Source: an uncultured delta proteobacterium (GTDB lineage Bacteria; Desulfobacterota; Binatia; UBA9968). From it: 17,744 nucleotides of DNA. Below are positions 15,892-17,744 of the stretch, in pieces; within the stretch, counting starts at the first letter, position 1, and each line of letters opens with the position of its first letter. The notes beneath the pieces are model-generated. The model was not told the DNA's origin. It made no database searches and saw only the letters and a list, made by a program, of their open reading frames with translations. The DNA lies in the NCBI GenBank assembly GCA_963847445.1, contig CAWJZV010000039.1, positions 1-17,744 on the forward strand, in the 5' to 3' direction. The translations under genes and the position numbers were made by a program.

Positions 15892-15966
15892 TTTGCGCCC
15901 TTTGCGTTCTTTGCGGCCATTCTTCTTTTCGGTTGCGGCTTCGCCGCGCTAGGCTCTTTGTGGTTA
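15892..15966 (+). repeat. 9-bp-period array followed by a GGTTGCGGC-NNN-GCCGCGC hairpin family copy (15931-15966)
   Basis: TTTGCGCCC TTTGCGTTC TTTGCGGCC; GGTTGCGGC-TTC-GCCGCGCTAGGCTCTTTGTGGTTA. Confidence 0.78.
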
Positions 15967-15971
15967 TACTC

Positions 15972-16595
15972 TCACTTCCCCGTCGGCCGCGGCGGAATCG
16001 GCTCGTTGTAAATCATGTCGACCCACATGGGCTGGTACGATGCGACGAAGCCGTTTTTGTAGGCGTTGCCGCAGTAGTGCGCCGGCTTGAGTTTGTCCCA
16101 GATAATCTTGCCGCTCGGTTCGATGCAATCCTCGTCCACCGAGGCGGCGACGACTTTGCCGCACACCATCAAGCGATGCAGCCACTGTTTAGTCCACTCG
16201 ACTTTGCACTCGAAATGGCTTTTGAAGTCGGCGATGCGCGGCGGCTTGACCGCCTTGGATGCCAGCGCCGTGAGCCCGGCCTTCTCAAGCTCGTTGACCC
16301 CAGGCGGAAATTCGAGGCCGCAGACCCGTACTTTTTCAAGTATCTCGCGCTCGTGAGACGGCACGTTGACGACGAACTCGCCGTTGGCGAGAATATTGTT
16401 GTAGGTGTCCTTGCCTTCCGCGGTGGTAAACGAGATGTACACCGGGTCATGGCAAACCCTCACGCAGGTGCCATAGGAAGCCGCGTTGATCCGGCCGTCG
16501 TTGTCCGCCGTCGTAATCGTGACCAGGCAGGCGCTCGGGGCGAATAGCTTGTCCCAGTTTTCAGGCGGGACGTCGATTTTTTTCACTCCACTCAT
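15972..16595 (-). CDS. Flavin reductase-like (DIM6/NTAB, flavoredoxin-type) FMN-binding protein
   Basis: ITTADNDGRINAA, KDTYNNILANGEFVVNVP, GVNELEKAGLT, VKPPRIAD...FECKV; GGAGGTG RBS. Confidence 0.9.
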   Translation of the reverse strand: MSGVKKIDVPPENWDKLFAPSACLVTITTADNDGRINAASYGTCVRVCHDPVYISFTTAEGKDTYNNILANGEFVVNVPSHEREILEKVRVCGLEFPPGVNELEKAGLTALASKAVKPPRIADFKSHFECKVEWTKQWLHRLMVCGKVVAASVDEDCIEPSGKIIWDKLKPAHYCGNAYKNGFVASYQPMWVDMIYNEPIPPRPTGK

Positions 16596-16708
16596 GCAAT
16601 CACCTCCAGGAATAGTTCGGGTTCGTAGCTGGACCCTAGCCGAATCGAATCGCCGCCGTCAAACCATTTTCTTTTCTTCTCGCGCCGAATATTGATATTG
16701 TCCGCGCC

Positions 16709-17671
16709 ATGATCCTTCTCGCCATTCTCTTGGTCCTGTCGGTCGTCCCCGCCAAGGCGGCTCAACCGCCAGTGGAATCCGTGCGCATCGGCATTCCCGG
16801 CAAGCTGGTCGACTTCGCGCCGTTCTTCGTCGGCATCAAGACTGGAATCTATCGTAGCGAAGGATTGGAGCCGCAGTTCATCGTCATGCGCAGCGGCATT
16901 ATCATCCCGGCGCTGCTCTCGGGCGAGCTCGATTACACGACGATCTACGGTTCGACGATTCGCTCGGCGGTGTCCGGCCTGCCGCTCAAGATCATCGCGA
17001 CCTTGATTACCAAGCAGAGTTTTTTTCTTTACGCGCAGCCCGAGATCAAGCGCGTGCAGGACTTGAAAGGCAAGCGCATCGCCATCTCGGGTTTCGCCAG
17101 CTCCACCGACAAAGCGGCGCGCGAGGCGCTCAAGCCCGCCGGGCTTGAAGCGCTGCGCGATGTCACGTTGATCGCCATGGGCGATACCAATGTGCGCTTT
17201 CAGTCGCTCGTCTCCGGCGCCATCGAAGCGGCGATCCTGACGCCGCCCTACACCGTGATGGCCGAGCAGAAAGGCATGCGCAATCTGGTCTGGCTGGGCG
17301 ATCTGCTCGGCGACACGCCCTCCAATGGCCTCAGCACCAGCGTTAGAAAATTGAAAGAACGGCCCGATCAAGTGCAGCGCTTTCTGCGCGCCAGCGTGCG
17401 CAGCATGATCTACACCCGCGAACACAAACAGGACGCGCTGCCACTGCTCATGAAGGAGTTCCCCGGTCTGGAGCGCAACACGCTAGCCGGCTCACTGGAT
17501 TTTTACGTAAAAGCGATGAGCCCCGACGGCCGCATCGCCGACGCAGTGGTTCAGGAGATTATCAACGAACAACGCGAGCTGCTCGGCGTGAAGAGTGAAG
17601 TTCCGCTCAGCCAAGTCGCCGACTTCGCTCCCCTCAACCGGGTGGTGAAGGAACTCAGTGCCGGCAGATGA
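16709..17671 (+). CDS. ABC transporter substrate-binding protein, NitT/TauT (SsuA/NMT1-like)
   Basis: Signal peptide ending AKA, GIYRSEGLE, ALLSGELDY, IKRVQDLKGKRIAIS, LVSGAIEAAILTPP, RFLRASVRS. Confidence 0.88.
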   Translation: MILLAILLVLSVVPAKAAQPPVESVRIGIPGKLVDFAPFFVGIKTGIYRSEGLEPQFIVMRSGIIIPALLSGELDYTTIYGSTIRSAVSGLPLKIIATLITKQSFFLYAQPEIKRVQDLKGKRIAISGFASSTDKAAREALKPAGLEALRDVTLIAMGDTNVRFQSLVSGAIEAAILTPPYTVMAEQKGMRNLVWLGDLLGDTPSNGLSTSVRKLKERPDQVQRFLRASVRSMIYTREHKQDALPLLMKEFPGLERNTLAGSLDFYVKAMSPDGRIADAVVQEIINEQRELLGVKSEVPLSQVADFAPLNRVVKELSAGR

Positions 17672-17691
17672 CTCGGCCGGTTCCAGAGGCA

Positions 17692-17721
17692 TTGACAGCG
17701 CGGCGAGTCATCCGCTAGGTT
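17692..17721 (+). promoter_or_regulatory. Putative sigma70-type promoter overlapping a hairpin
   Basis: TTGACA-18 nt-TAGGTT; the -35 box lies inside the inverted repeat GATGACTCG (17667-17675)/CGAGTCATC (17704-17712). Confidence 0.45.
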
Positions 17722-17744
17722 CGCTCAGAAATTAGCTTTTAGCG

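Overview
GC-rich bacterial window containing a metabolic and transport gene mosaic: a DUF35 Zn-ribbon/OB protein, an EamA transporter, two SlyD-type FKBPs with export signals, an MFS transporter, an LLM oxidoreductase, a sirtuin, DUF924, a vapBC pair, a Zn-dependent ADH, a tandem DUF427 protein, a gentisate-dioxygenase-like bicupin, a cysteine-free maleate-isomerase/racemase-fold protein, a flavin reductase, and three orphan ABC substrate-binding proteins plus one internally deleted remnant. The gene mix resembles Candidatus Binatia-type genomes (inference only). The most striking layer is the repeat DNA. A REP-associated tyrosine transposase (RAYT, 625-1156) is bracketed by two directly repeated doublets of GTAG-REPs, and a third doublet of the same family lies 10 kb away. 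A second GTAG-REP family, CGTC/TGTC-type REP doublets, a TA-flanked MITE, a five-copy GGTTGCGGC-NNN-GCCGCGC hairpin family and 7/9/13-bp periodic repeats are assembled into nested intergenic islands. One REP plus a heptamer array sits in frame inside the ADH gene and adds about 17 codons. Nine +1 frameshifts between about 1080 and 7480 look like sequencing indels rather than true pseudogenes.
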